Assembly (NCBI GenBank): GCA_964242725.1
Contig: CAXTCV010000004.1
Span: 721-64,720 of the forward strand
Source: an uncultured Methylobacterium sp.
Lineage (GTDB): Bacteria > Pseudomonadota > Alphaproteobacteria > Rhizobiales > Beijerinckiaceae
DNA: 64,000 bases
Direction: 5' to 3'
The notes beneath the pieces were generated by a model, which was not told the DNA's origin, made no database searches, and worked only from the letters and a program-made list of their open reading frames with translations. Shown in pieces: positions 1-9,874 of the stretch. The translations under genes were made by a program, and so were the position numbers. Position 1 is the stretch's first letter. Each line of letters opens with the position of its first letter.

Positions 1-1
1 C

Positions 2-382
2 GACCATCAGGAAGGTCAGTGACCACGCGGCGATCAGACGGATCGCGCTCTTTGCGAAGGCACGGAAGGCGGAGATCCGATAGCCGCCGGCGGCCTGGAC
101 CAGCGCGACCGTGAGGATCGCGACGAGCCCGATCGCCCCGGCATAGGTCACCCCGAACGGGACCAACCCGCGCAGCATCAGCAGGTGCAGGAGCGCGCCG
201 AGGCCGAAGATCAGGGTGCATTCCGCCGCCCGCACCAGCCCAGCCACCACGACCGGCGACACCGCAGGCGCGCCCGATCGGGAGATCTCGGCAAGAGGCA
301 CCGGGCCATCGTCGTGGGGCGATGGCTGCGCCTGGAGAGGGCCGGCGGCTTCCAGGAGATCGCGGATGTCGAAGGCACTCAT
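2..382 (-). CDS. Undecaprenyl-phosphate glucose phosphotransferase (WcaJ/UppE-like), N-terminal part; runs off the window edge
   Basis: Manual translation: MSAFDIRDLLEAAGP...VVVAGLVRAAECTLIFGLG...YRISAFR, with TM segments typical of the WbaP/WcaJ N-terminus. GGAGG-like RBS upstream; lies downstream of a GT4 gene. Confidence 0.7.
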   Translation of the reverse strand, partial: MSAFDIRDLLEAAGPLQAQPSPHDDGPVPLAEISRSGAPAVSPVVVAGLVRAAECTLIFGLGALLHLLMLRGLVPFGVTYAGAIGLVAILTVALVQAAGGYRISAFRAFAKSAIRLIAAWSLTFLMV

Positions 383-563
383 CGCTCGGCTCCTCCCGCG
401 GCAGTCTGCGGCTTCTCCATCGCAGCGTCGCACGGGGCGTTGTCTGAAGACTTAAAGGCGATCCGCCCGCGACGATTTTCCCGTCGGATCCGGTCCTCCG
501 GTCGTCCCGGCGTCGCGCATCGCTCCGGCTCACGGTGACCGAGCGACACGCCGCCTCGGTGGA

Positions 564-1763
564 TCAGGCCGTCCGCGCGCCGGCGATCTCCCGGGCCTCG
601 ACGTTGCGGCGATCCGCGCGGGCCTGGAACGCCGCGGCGTAACCGGAGATGACCTCGCTGCCCATCCGCTCGAGGGAAAAGCGCTGCCGGATCGTGGCGC
701 TGAGCGCACGGACGCGGGCGTCGAGCACCTCGGGCGCGTCGTCGAGCACCCGCCGGATGCCGGCGGCGAGGGCCGCGGGATCCCGTGGCGGGACGAGGTC
801 GCCGGCGGCGCCACCGAAGATCTCGGGGATCCCACCGACCCGCGTGGCCACGAGCGGCTGCGCCGCGGCCGCAGCCTCCAGGACCACGTAGGGCAGGGAT
901 TCCGCGAGGGACGGGACGACCAGGATGCGTCCCCGCGCCAGCACGGAGCGGATCGCCTGCGGCGGTTCGAAGGAGACCGCGCTGGCCAGGCCGAGCCGAT
1001 CGACATTCTGGCGCAGGATCTCGGCATCCGGCCCGGAGCCGACCATCAACAGGCGCAGGGGCCGGCCCTCGGCCCGGAGCTGGACGAGGGCATCGAGCAG
1101 GTATGGAAGACCTTTCGCCTCGCGCAGTTCGCCGACATAGAGGAGATCGAAGGGCTCATCGACGCGCTCGATCGGAGCGAACTCCGCCTCCGCGATGCCG
1201 TTGTGGACGATGCGCGTCACCCGCTCGGGGCCACCGACGAAGGTCCGGTGCCGCCCGGCGACGTACTCGCTCTCGAACAGGAACGCGTCGGTTCGGCGGG
1301 CGAGAACCGCCTCGGCGCCCATGTAGAGCCGATGGAGTGGGGTGCCCGGCCGATAATTGTAGCTGCCGCCGTGCGGCGTGTAGGTCCGGATCGCCGAGCT
1401 TCCCGGGGCAAGCCTCGCGAAGGCGCCGCCCTTCGCCCCATGCCCATGGATCACCTCGGCGCCCACCGCGGCGGCCCGCCGAGCCACCGCCTTCAGGCAG
1501 GTCCAGTCGGACCGGTGCGGGTTACGCCGCATCGGGATCCGCACGAGGCCGAGTTCCAGGCTGGGCATCAGGTCGGCCAGGGCCCGCTCGCCGCGCGCGC
1601 CGCCGGTCGTGGAGTCGCAGACGATCCCCACGGCGTGTCCGGCCGCGGCTTGGAGGCGTGCGAGATCCAACACATGACGGAACAGGCCGCCGACCGGGGC
1701 TCGGAAGACGTGCAAAATCCGATAACGCTGGACGATACGATCGTCATTCGACTTGCCGACCAC
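564..1763 (-). CDS. Glycosyltransferase family 4 (UppD-like)
   Basis: APVGGLFRHV N-terminal motif and E-x7-E motif (ESLPYVVLEA), GT-B fold. Confidence 0.9.
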   Translation of the reverse strand: MVGKSNDDRIVQRYRILHVFRAPVGGLFRHVLDLARLQAAAGHAVGIVCDSTTGGARGERALADLMPSLELGLVRIPMRRNPHRSDWTCLKAVARRAAAVGAEVIHGHGAKGGAFARLAPGSSAIRTYTPHGGSYNYRPGTPLHRLYMGAEAVLARRTDAFLFESEYVAGRHRTFVGGPERVTRIVHNGIAEAEFAPIERVDEPFDLLYVGELREAKGLPYLLDALVQLRAEGRPLRLLMVGSGPDAEILRQNVDRLGLASAVSFEPPQAIRSVLARGRILVVPSLAESLPYVVLEAAAAAQPLVATRVGGIPEIFGGAAGDLVPPRDPAALAAGIRRVLDDAPEVLDARVRALSATIRQRFSLERMGSEVISGYAAAFQARADRRNVEAREIAGARTA

Positions 1764-1894
1764 GGCAATGCTCCCGGTAAAATCAGTCCCGGGATTTGTG
1801 CTGCACCGGTGGTCGCGAGGCTCTTAAAGCCGACCAGTTGGCCGCATGCTTTTCATCGAGAAGGTAAGCAGAGTTTTACATGGCCGAAAACAAG

Positions 1895-2578
1895 TCATGT
1901 CATCGGTAGGCCGTTGAGGCTGGCCCAGATGGTCCCGTAATGGCAGGCCGTGGCTGCCAGAACGAAGCCGTGCCAGATCGCGTTCTGGAACGGCAGCGTC
2001 CGCCAGATGTGGAACAGGACCCCGATCGAGTAGAGCGCTCCGCCGATGGCAAGCAGCCAAAGTGCGGTCGGCTGAAGGCTCGCGATCACCGATTCGTAGG
2101 CGAAGAGGCCGCTCCATCCGAGCATCAGATAGAGCGCGATGGAGAGCCGGTCGAAGCGTCCGGGCAGGAGCAGTTTGACGGCGATCCCGACCGAGGCCAC
2201 GGCCCAGATCAACGCCAGCAGCGCGTAGGCGCGCGGTCCGGACCCGACGAGGGCGACGAGCGGCGTGTAGGTGCCGGCGATCATCAGGTAGATCAGGGCG
2301 TGGTCGGCCCGGCGCAGCAGCCATTTCCGTGGGCTCACCGGGTACAGGTTGTAGAGTGCCGAGACACCCAGCATCAACACCAGGGCTGTCGCGTAGACGA
2401 CGACGGCGATCCGCTCGCCCATGCCGAGATGCGCCGTCAACGCTGTCGTGACCAAGGCTACGGCACCGGCCAAGCCGAGCACGACGCCAAGCCCGTGGAT
2501 CACGCCGTCCGCCACGATCTCCCTTGGCGTGTAATGCCACGTGAGGGAAACCGGCCGACCATCTTCCGCCAGAGACAT
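1895..2578 (-). CDS. Hemolysin III / PAQR family membrane protein
   Basis: SALYN, RRADHALIYLMIAGTYTP and AIWHGFV motifs; about 7 TM segments. Confidence 0.92.
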   Translation of the reverse strand: MSLAEDGRPVSLTWHYTPREIVADGVIHGLGVVLGLAGAVALVTTALTAHLGMGERIAVVVYATALVLMLGVSALYNLYPVSPRKWLLRRADHALIYLMIAGTYTPLVALVGSGPRAYALLALIWAVASVGIAVKLLLPGRFDRLSIALYLMLGWSGLFAYESVIASLQPTALWLLAIGGALYSIGVLFHIWRTLPFQNAIWHGFVLAATACHYGTIWASLNGLPMT

Positions 2579-2728
2579 CCGAGGGCCTCCCGCAACGCTT
2601 GCAGTCTAAAGCGTGAGACGTCTTGATCGTTCCCCGTGCAGAGTACCGACGTGGAGTTGTCCCAAGGAATTTGCGAAGTGGTTGTAGATATCGTGCAATG
2701 CGGTGCCGCTTCCGCACTGCACGAATGA

Positions 2729-3844
2729 CTAGATTCCGCGTCCGACAAGGCCCTCGAAACCGAGGGGCGTCTCAGCGGCCGCGGCCCGAGCCCGGCCGGC
2801 CCCGCGGCGCCATCCGCGGCTGAGCCGGGCGTGGACGGTCGCCATGGTCAGGACAGCCATGGCCATGACCTGATGGGCGAGCGCTGCCCAGAGCGGGACC
2901 GCGAGGAGCAGCGTGGCGATCCCCAGCATCGCCTGTGCCAAAGCCAGGGCGGTGACACCGGCGGCGCGTCCGAATGCGCCCGACGGCCCCGTGCGCCGCG
3001 CATCCACGGCGTGCAGGATCGCCACAAGGATCACGAGGTAGGCGGTCACCCGGTGGTCGAACTGAACCAGGGCGTGATTGTCCACGAAATTCTCGATCCA
3101 GGGGCGAATGGCAAAGAGGGCGTCCGCGGTCGGCACGAGGGCCCCATCCATGCTGGGCCAGGTGTTGTAGACGAGGCCCGCATGCGAGCCGGCGACGAGA
3201 CCGCCCAGGAAGATCTGAACGAGGATCAGGACCGGCAGGAGCATCGCGGTCGCGCGCAGTCGCGCCGGTGCCGGCTCCGGCATCGCCCCGCGCTCCCCCG
3301 CCGCCAGCCAGACGAGGCCGGCCAGGATCAGGCTGGCCGTAGTGAGGTGGAGGGCGAGCTTGAGCGGCGCCACCGCGGTCATTCCGGGCTGAAGGCCGGA
3401 GGCGACCATGATCCATCCGATCGCGCCCTGCAGCCCGCCGAGCACGCCGAGGACGAGGAGGCCGAACCCGAGGCGTCGGCTGATCCGGCCCTGCCACCAG
3501 AACACGATCAAGGGCAGAAAGAACACGAGGCCGATCAGCCGGCCGAGCAGGCGGTGCCCCCATTCCCAGCCATAGAGGACCTTGAACGCCGACAAGCCCA
3601 TCCCCTGGTTGAGGATGCTGTATTGCGGCGTATCCTTGTACTTGGCGAACTCGGTCGCCCAATCCGTCTCAGAGAGGGGCGGGATCGCCCCCGTGACCGG
3701 CCGCCACTCGGTGATCGACAGGCCCGAGCCCGTCAGCCGGGTCGCGCCGCCGACCGCCACCATGGCCACCACCAACGCGGCGATCACGTAAAGCCACGTG
3801 CGCACCGCGCCCGATCGCTGCCCGCCCCCGACTCTCATGACCAT
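2729..3844 (-). CDS. ctaA: Heme A synthase (COX15/CtaA)
   Basis: GGATRLTGSGLSITEWRP, EWGHRLLGR, LALHL and QFDHR motifs. Start trimmed to the ATG at 3844, which has a purine-rich RBS. Confidence 0.93.
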   Translation of the reverse strand: MVMRVGGGQRSGAVRTWLYVIAALVVAMVAVGGATRLTGSGLSITEWRPVTGAIPPLSETDWATEFAKYKDTPQYSILNQGMGLSAFKVLYGWEWGHRLLGRLIGLVFFLPLIVFWWQGRISRRLGFGLLVLGVLGGLQGAIGWIMVASGLQPGMTAVAPLKLALHLTTASLILAGLVWLAAGERGAMPEPAPARLRATAMLLPVLILVQIFLGGLVAGSHAGLVYNTWPSMDGALVPTADALFAIRPWIENFVDNHALVQFDHRVTAYLVILVAILHAVDARRTGPSGAFGRAAGVTALALAQAMLGIATLLLAVPLWAALAHQVMAMAVLTMATVHARLSRGWRRGAGRARAAAAETPLGFEGLVGRGI

Positions 3845-4019
3845 GCGGATCCCTTCCCCGGGCCAGGATACCCCGAACCCCGTGCCGGGGTTAGGATATG
3901 CGCGCCACGGCAGCAACGTCGGCGGCGCCGCAGGCCGCGGCAGAGCGTCCGTTGCCAAGCGCAGGCCGGATCGGTAGCCCTCGTGCATCAGGCCCGCCGA
4001 ACCAACCGCAAGAGACGCA

Positions 4020-4226
4020 ATGCGCCGTCGCACCCGCACCCTGATCGGCACCCTCGCGATCCTCGCCTTCGTCTGCCTCTATGGCCCCTTGGCGATGGCG
4101 CTGGCCGATAGCCGCATCGCGGAAACGCCGGCAGCGGTGCAGGCTGTGCTCTACTCGATCCTGGGCATCGCCTGGATCTTCCCGCTGATGCCGCTGATCC
4201 GGTGGATGGAGCGGCCCGACCGCTGA
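4020..4226 (+). CDS. DUF2842-like small membrane protein
   Basis: 68 aa, two TM helices, W-x-x-P-x-x-P-L-I-R-W-M ending; divergent from ctaA as is usual in Rhizobiales. Confidence 0.8.
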   Translation: MRRRTRTLIGTLAILAFVCLYGPLAMALADSRIAETPAAVQAVLYSILGIAWIFPLMPLIRWMERPDR

Positions 4227-4310
4227 GGCCAACCCTCGATTTCGCCGCACTCGGGGTTCACAAACCCGGGCGTCCGCATCCGAGACACCCGCGTCGTGCT
4301 CCTTCCCCTC

Positions 4311-4649
4311 ATGCGCCTAACGCCTCTGGCTGCCCTCATCGTGCTGCTCGCACCCCTGCCGGCCCTGGCCCAGGGAACGCCGCGGTCGATCGGCGAATGC
4401 GAGCGGTTGAAGAACGACCTCGCCTACAACCAATGCTTGGCGATGTTCGGGCCCGCGGCCAAGAACGTGGCCGGTGGCTACGCATCCGCCGATACCTCGC
4501 AGACACCGGCGGCCGCGATGGCCGAGGCGATCCCGCAGATCGAGGAGGCGGCCGATACCGGTTCGAGCGGCCGCCGCCGCTACCGGTCGCATCGCGGCCG
4601 GCAATACGCCTCGTTCTCGACGGGCTACCGGCACCGGCGGCGGCGGTAG
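4311..4649 (+). CDS. Secreted hypothetical protein
   Basis: Signal peptide (ALAQ), Cys pair in CERLKNDLAYNQCL, Arg-rich tail. Confidence 0.7.
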   Translation: MRLTPLAALIVLLAPLPALAQGTPRSIGECERLKNDLAYNQCLAMFGPAAKNVAGGYASADTSQTPAAAMAEAIPQIEEAADTGSSGRRRYRSHRGRQYASFSTGYRHRRRR

Positions 4650-4709
4650 AGCGGTTCCGGAACGCGCTTCGCAGACCCATCACCGGGCACGGTCGTCCGC
4701 ACTGGTTCC

Positions 4710-4818
4710 CATCCTGAGGCGTCCGCGGCTGCGGGCCTCGACGACGGTCGCCAGAACGACCCGCGATCCCAGGAGGCCGCCTTCGAGGCCTGCGCTTCGG
4801 CACGTGCGGGTGCGGAGG
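4710..4818. repeat. Degenerate dispersed palindromic (MITE/REP-like) repeat, copy 1
   Basis: Starts with CATCCTGAGG, has internal inverted GGCCTCGA/TCGAGGCC and a GCGATCCC core shared with 11331-11362 and 38707-38809; sits between convergent genes. Confidence 0.5.
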
Positions 4819-4902
4819 TTCGTGTGGGAGTCCGGCTCGATGCCGTGCGTCTATCCCTGCCTCCTCACAGGCGCAGCGCCTCGTCCCGACCTTGGAACCC
4901 CG

Positions 4903-5964
4903 TCAGGCGACGTTGAGGCGCCGGCCGCGATTCCAGGCAAGGAACGGCACGCCGGACAGGAGGCCGGCCAGAGCCGCCCGCGATTGGTGGCAGCCGTTCA
5001 CAGACACCCGGGGGAGGGCGTGCAGGTGGCCCGCATGACCGGCGAAGAGATGGCCGGGTCGGGTGGTCACCGCGGTGGCAAAGCCCAGGTCCTGCGCCAG
5101 CGCGAATTCCCGCGGCCCCGCCGAACCTGGATCGCCGACCGGATAGGAGACGTGCCGGACGGGCCGGCCCAGTTCCGCCTCGATCCGCGCGCGCCCCTCG
5201 GCCAATTCGCGGGCGGCGATCTCCGCCGGGTGCTTGGCGAGCATCGGATGGCTCACCGTGTGCGCGCCGATGGTGACCGCGCGATCGGCCGCCAGGGCGC
5301 GCAACTCCGCCCAGGACAGGCACACTTCGGACGCGATTTGCCCCGGTGCGAACCCGGCCTGGCAGCAGAGATCGGCGATCCGAGCGAGCATCTCTGCCTC
5401 GCCGCCGCCGCGCAGATCGCGATAGAGCGCATCAAAGGCGAGCGCCTTCTCCTGCGGGCTGCGGGCCGGAAGGTCGACGCTGCGCGATCCAAGGCCGACC
5501 CGCACGCGGTCGAGCCGCGCGATGGCGCGTTCCAGCTCGATCCACCACAGGCGGCCGGTCTGGTCGGCGAAGGCGCTGGTAACGAACAGCGTCCAGGGCG
5601 CGCTGTGGCACTCCAGCACCGGACGCGCATGCGTGACGTTATCCCGGTAGCCGTCGTCGAAGGTGAGCACCGCGAAGGGCGGACCGTAATCCGGCTCCGC
5701 CAGGCGTTCCGGCACGGCATCGAGGCCGATCACCTCGAAACCGCGGGCATCGAGCTCACGCAGGGTGAGATCGAGGAAGTCGGGGGTGATGGACAGGAGC
5801 CGGTTCGGGGCGAAGGCCTGGACCGGGTCCGGGCTGACATGGTGGAAGGTGAGGATGACGCCCAGCCCGCGCGAGGCCGGGGTCAACCAACGATCCGCCC
5901 CGACGGCCTGAATCGCGCGGAACCCGGTCGCGAAGACCCGATGTTTGGTGCGCGACGACAGCAT
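4903..5964 (-). CDS. Polysaccharide deacetylase (CE4)
   Basis: LTFDDGY, GAHTVSHP and SYPVG motifs. Confidence 0.92.
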   Translation of the reverse strand: MLSSRTKHRVFATGFRAIQAVGADRWLTPASRGLGVILTFHHVSPDPVQAFAPNRLLSITPDFLDLTLRELDARGFEVIGLDAVPERLAEPDYGPPFAVLTFDDGYRDNVTHARPVLECHSAPWTLFVTSAFADQTGRLWWIELERAIARLDRVRVGLGSRSVDLPARSPQEKALAFDALYRDLRGGGEAEMLARIADLCCQAGFAPGQIASEVCLSWAELRALAADRAVTIGAHTVSHPMLAKHPAEIAARELAEGRARIEAELGRPVRHVSYPVGDPGSAGPREFALAQDLGFATAVTTRPGHLFAGHAGHLHALPRVSVNGCHQSRAALAGLLSGVPFLAWNRGRRLNVA

Positions 5965-6212
5965 GGCCTCGAACCGAACGGGCCGATCGGCCCAAGACCG
6001 GCACCCTGCGTGCGGCGCGGTAAACAAACTGGAAAGCGTCGATGGCGCGTCGCAAGTCCAGGAAGTTTGTATTAGCCACGGTACCGGTTTGACCGTATCG
6101 GACGAACGCGATTTGCATCGCGAAGCGCTGAGGTCACCGCCTGTTCAGTGGATAGCGGCGAACATCTCTGCTCAACAGGCGACCGCACGTGGTCCAGCAG
6201 GGGTTTCGGACG

Positions 6213-7397
6213 ATGGCGCTCGGCGTCCAGGCGACGGGGACGGACATGATCGATGCTCCGTCGGGAGTGATGCTCACCGCGGAGATCATCCACGATCCGG
6301 CGGCGGCCGAGGCCGTCTGGCGCCGGATCGAGAGTGACCCCGCGAGCCTTCAGACCCCCTATCAGCGCTTCGACTGGACGATGGCCTATCTGCGGGCGCG
6401 CGGGCAGATGGACAGGGCCCGGATCGTGGTCCTGCGGGACAGAGATGGCCGCGCCCGCATCCTCCTGCCGCTGACCCTGCATCGGGAGTTCGGTCTACGC
6501 GTCGCCCGCACCGTGGGCGACACCCACGCCAATTATCACCTGCCGCTGTTCGCGAGCCGCGATGCCGCAGCGATATCGATCGGCGACATCACGGCGGCTC
6601 TGGTCGGCGCCGGTCGCTCCGCCGGCATCGATGTCTATGCCCTCCAGCATCAGCCCCGAACCTGGGAGGGTTCGGTCAATCCGTTCGCGGCGGGCGGCGA
6701 GCCCGAGGCGAGCGATGGCTACGGGTTGATGCTCGGACCCGATCCGGAGGCGACACTCCGCCGGGTCTTCAGCGCCGATGCCCGGAAGAAGCTCCGCTCC
6801 AAGGAGAAGCGTCTCGTGGAGGCGAGAGGTCCGGTCGCCTATCGCCGGGCCGAGACGCAAGGCGAGGCCGAGCAGTTCCTGGCGGCGTTCTATGCGCAGA
6901 AGGCGGCGCGGTTCGCTGGAATGGGCGTGGCCGACCCCTATGCCGATCCCGCGATCCGCGCTTTCCTGAGCAGCGCCGCCGCCGGCCCGGATCCGGCGCT
7001 GGAGATCCACGCCCTCTGCCTCGCCGAGAGCGGGCGGGTCCTGGCGACCTTCGGCGGCGCGGTGAGCGAGCGGCGGTACAGCGGCATGATGACCGCGTTC
7101 GACTCGGATCCCGAGATCGCCCGCTTCAGCCCCGGCGATCTTCTGCTGCAACACCTCGTTCGCGACCAGGCGGCACGGGGACGGCTCGGCTTCGACCTCG
7201 GGGTCGGCGAGGCCCGCTACAAGGCCAGCATCTGCGACGAGACGATCGGCCTCGTGGAGGCGATCGTGCCGGTCACCCTGGCGGGACGAACCTACGGGTT
7301 GGTCCGGCAGGGTCTGACCCGGGCCAAGCGACGGATCAAGCGGGACCCGCGCCTGTTTTCCGCCCTCCAGAGGCTGCGGCGGCTGCGCGGGGCCTGA
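6213..7397 (+). CDS. GNAT family CelD/BcsL-like acetyltransferase (UppA/HfsK-like)
   Basis: ARKKLRSKEKRL, SPGDLLL and FDLGVGEARYK motifs of Acetyltransf_6. Confidence 0.88.
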   Translation: MALGVQATGTDMIDAPSGVMLTAEIIHDPAAAEAVWRRIESDPASLQTPYQRFDWTMAYLRARGQMDRARIVVLRDRDGRARILLPLTLHREFGLRVARTVGDTHANYHLPLFASRDAAAISIGDITAALVGAGRSAGIDVYALQHQPRTWEGSVNPFAAGGEPEASDGYGLMLGPDPEATLRRVFSADARKKLRSKEKRLVEARGPVAYRRAETQGEAEQFLAAFYAQKAARFAGMGVADPYADPAIRAFLSSAAAGPDPALEIHALCLAESGRVLATFGGAVSERRYSGMMTAFDSDPEIARFSPGDLLLQHLVRDQAARGRLGFDLGVGEARYKASICDETIGLVEAIVPVTLAGRTYGLVRQGLTRAKRRIKRDPRLFSALQRLRRLRGA

Positions 7398-7488
7398 AGC
7401 TCCGTCCCGGTGATCGGGTCCTACTCTTGCGACACCGGTGGTCGCGTCATCGGCGCGTCGTCCGAGTTCGGCGACGACGCGCTAAGCG

Positions 7489-9696
7489 TCACGCCGCGTC
7501 GCGGTCGAGCATGGCGCCGCCCGCGTTGCGCGTGGCCGAGGCCGGCCGGTCCTGCGCCACCACGATCTGTCCGGCGCCCGCCCCTTGGGCGATGGCGTAG
7601 AGGTCGGCGAGTGCCGGGTCTTCCGCCGAGGCGTTCGAAGCGATCACCACCGCGTCCATGTAGCCGGCCGTCAGTTCGAGGAGATCGACGGCGCCTGGGG
7701 CGGCGCGAAGGCAGCAGACCACCCAGTCGTAAGCCTCCGCCATCGCCTCGAAGGTGAGCGTCAGCGCATCGGCCTCGTCGAACAGAACCGCGTTCGCGCG
7801 GCGTCCGGCTTCGATCCGGTGCAGGCCGCTGTCGCGCTCGGCCTGAATCACGTCGAGGAAGGCTGCCTCGCCGGCGACCAGATCGGTGAAGCCGAGGGTG
7901 TCGTCGGGACGTCCGGCGTTTAGCGCCACGGAGACGAGGGTCCCGGCCTCGCCCAGGGCGCGGATCAGGGCGGCGGACAGGCCCGGCACGCCGTTGGTCT
8001 CGTCGGTCTCCATGATCAGGATCCGACGGCCGGCGGCCGCACCCTCGGCCCGGGGGCCAGCGGTGAGCCGCGCGATCAGCGGAGCCAGATCGAAGTCTTC
8101 CGGGGCGGCCACGGCTGCCACCGCAGGCGGCGGCTGCAGGGCGGCTTCGGCTTCGGACGGCTGCGTCCAGCCGGCGGGCGGCATGGCCTCCGGGAAGGCG
8201 AAGAGCGGCCGCTCCAGGATTGGTTCGCGGCGCTGACGGTCCTGCGCCGGATCGAATGCACCGTCCCGGTTAGCCGCGGTCCGAGCCGACTCCGCCAGCA
8301 AGGCACGGGCGATGGCGGCGCCGGCCGTGAGCATTAGCGTCAGCAGCGTCGCGAAGGCCACGATCGGCAGCTTCTTCGGGAAGGACGGCACCTCCGGGGT
8401 GACGGCCCGGGACACGATCCGGGCGTCGGCCGGGGTGGCGGCCTCGCCGTCGCGGGCCGCGGCCTCGCGGTAGCGCGACAGGTAGGATTCGAGCTGCTCG
8501 CGCTGCGCCTTGGCCTCGCGCTCCAGGGCGCGCAGCTGGATCTCGCTGGAATTGCCGCGGACGACCACGTCCTGCTGGCCGTCGACGGCCACCTGGAGGC
8601 TCTCGACCCGGGCGCCGGCGATCTTGGCATCGTTCTCCATGGTGCGCACCACGCGCTCGGCGGAGGCCTTGATCTGCGCGTCGAGATCCTCGAGCTGGGC
8701 GTTGAGTTCCTTGATGCGGGGATGGGCCGGCAGGAGTGTCCGCGATTCGAGGGCGAGCTGCGCCCGCACGGCGATGCGGTTCTCGACGATGCGCCGGATC
8801 ACCTCGTTGTTGGCAACGTCCGGGATCTCGAAAGCCCGCCCGTCCTTGATCAGCTCCCGGATGGCCTTCACCTTGCCGGTCAGGTCCGCCTTCAGGATGC
8901 GGGCCGAGGAAAGCTGACTGGACAGCTCACCGAGCTGCTGTGCGTTGAGCGGGTGCCCGGTGGACCCGGCACTGCCGATCAAACCGTTCTTGGCGCGGAA
9001 GGCCTCGACCTTCCCCTCGGCTTCGGCGACGCGCTTGCGCAACCCGTCGATGTTGCCGCCGAGCCAGGTCGACGCGTAGCGCGCCGTGTCGACCTTGTCG
9101 GCTTCCAGGGACGAGATGTAGAGCCGCGCGATGGTGTTGGCGGCCTCGGCGGCCAGCACTGCATCCTTCGCGCGGAACTCGATCGTCAGAATGCGCGACT
9201 TGCCGGCTGGGTAGACCAGCAGATGGTCGAAATAGGCGTCGAGGACGCGATCCTCCGCCGGGCGGTCGAGGGGATTGGCCCCGATCCCGAGCATCATCAG
9301 CACGCGCTGTACGGGGCCGATGGTGGCCGCCCCGGGATCGAATTCGGGATTGCCCACGAGCTTGAGGCGGCGGATCGCCTCCCGGGCGAGATCGCGCGAC
9401 ATGACGACCTGCACTTGGCTCGCCACCGCCTGCTCGTCGATCGGCACGAGCTGGTCGCCCCGTTCCTGGGCCGTCCGGGCGAAGGCCGGATCCCGGCTCT
9501 CGAGGAGGAGCTTCGATTCACCGGTGTAGCGGGGGCTGACCACGTTGACGAAGACGGTCGCACCCAGGGCGACGACCAACGTCGGCCCGACGATCCAGCC
9601 CAGCGAGCGGCGCAGGATGCGCGGCACCTGGGCGAGGCCGAGGCCGTCCTGGGCGCTGGGCGGGGCTTCGATCGAGCGTTGACGGAGACGGGACAT
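7489..9696 (-). CDS. GumC/Wzc-like polysaccharide co-polymerase (UppB-like)
   Basis: N-terminal TM, PRYTGES, SQVQVVMSR, coiled coil, PSFPKK before a second TM, degenerate C-terminal kinase-like domain. Confidence 0.9.
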   Translation of the reverse strand: MSRLRQRSIEAPPSAQDGLGLAQVPRILRRSLGWIVGPTLVVALGATVFVNVVSPRYTGESKLLLESRDPAFARTAQERGDQLVPIDEQAVASQVQVVMSRDLAREAIRRLKLVGNPEFDPGAATIGPVQRVLMMLGIGANPLDRPAEDRVLDAYFDHLLVYPAGKSRILTIEFRAKDAVLAAEAANTIARLYISSLEADKVDTARYASTWLGGNIDGLRKRVAEAEGKVEAFRAKNGLIGSAGSTGHPLNAQQLGELSSQLSSARILKADLTGKVKAIRELIKDGRAFEIPDVANNEVIRRIVENRIAVRAQLALESRTLLPAHPRIKELNAQLEDLDAQIKASAERVVRTMENDAKIAGARVESLQVAVDGQQDVVVRGNSSEIQLRALEREAKAQREQLESYLSRYREAAARDGEAATPADARIVSRAVTPEVPSFPKKLPIVAFATLLTLMLTAGAAIARALLAESARTAANRDGAFDPAQDRQRREPILERPLFAFPEAMPPAGWTQPSEAEAALQPPPAVAAVAAPEDFDLAPLIARLTAGPRAEGAAAGRRILIMETDETNGVPGLSAALIRALGEAGTLVSVALNAGRPDDTLGFTDLVAGEAAFLDVIQAERDSGLHRIEAGRRANAVLFDEADALTLTFEAMAEAYDWVVCCLRAAPGAVDLLELTAGYMDAVVIASNASAEDPALADLYAIAQGAGAGQIVVAQDRPASATRNAGGAMLDRDAA

Positions 9697-9874
9697 GCGG
9701 ACGCTCTGAGCGCGGGGGCAGACCGGCAGCACGTAGAGCCGCCCGGCAGCTATTAGCGGATATTAAGGTTGCTCAAGAGTTAAGACGTTCGCGTCTCAAC
9801 AAACGCGCCGGACCCCGCGATGGTGATCAGATTTCGTTAACCTTAACCGCCTAGACCAACCGTCAACCGCATCC

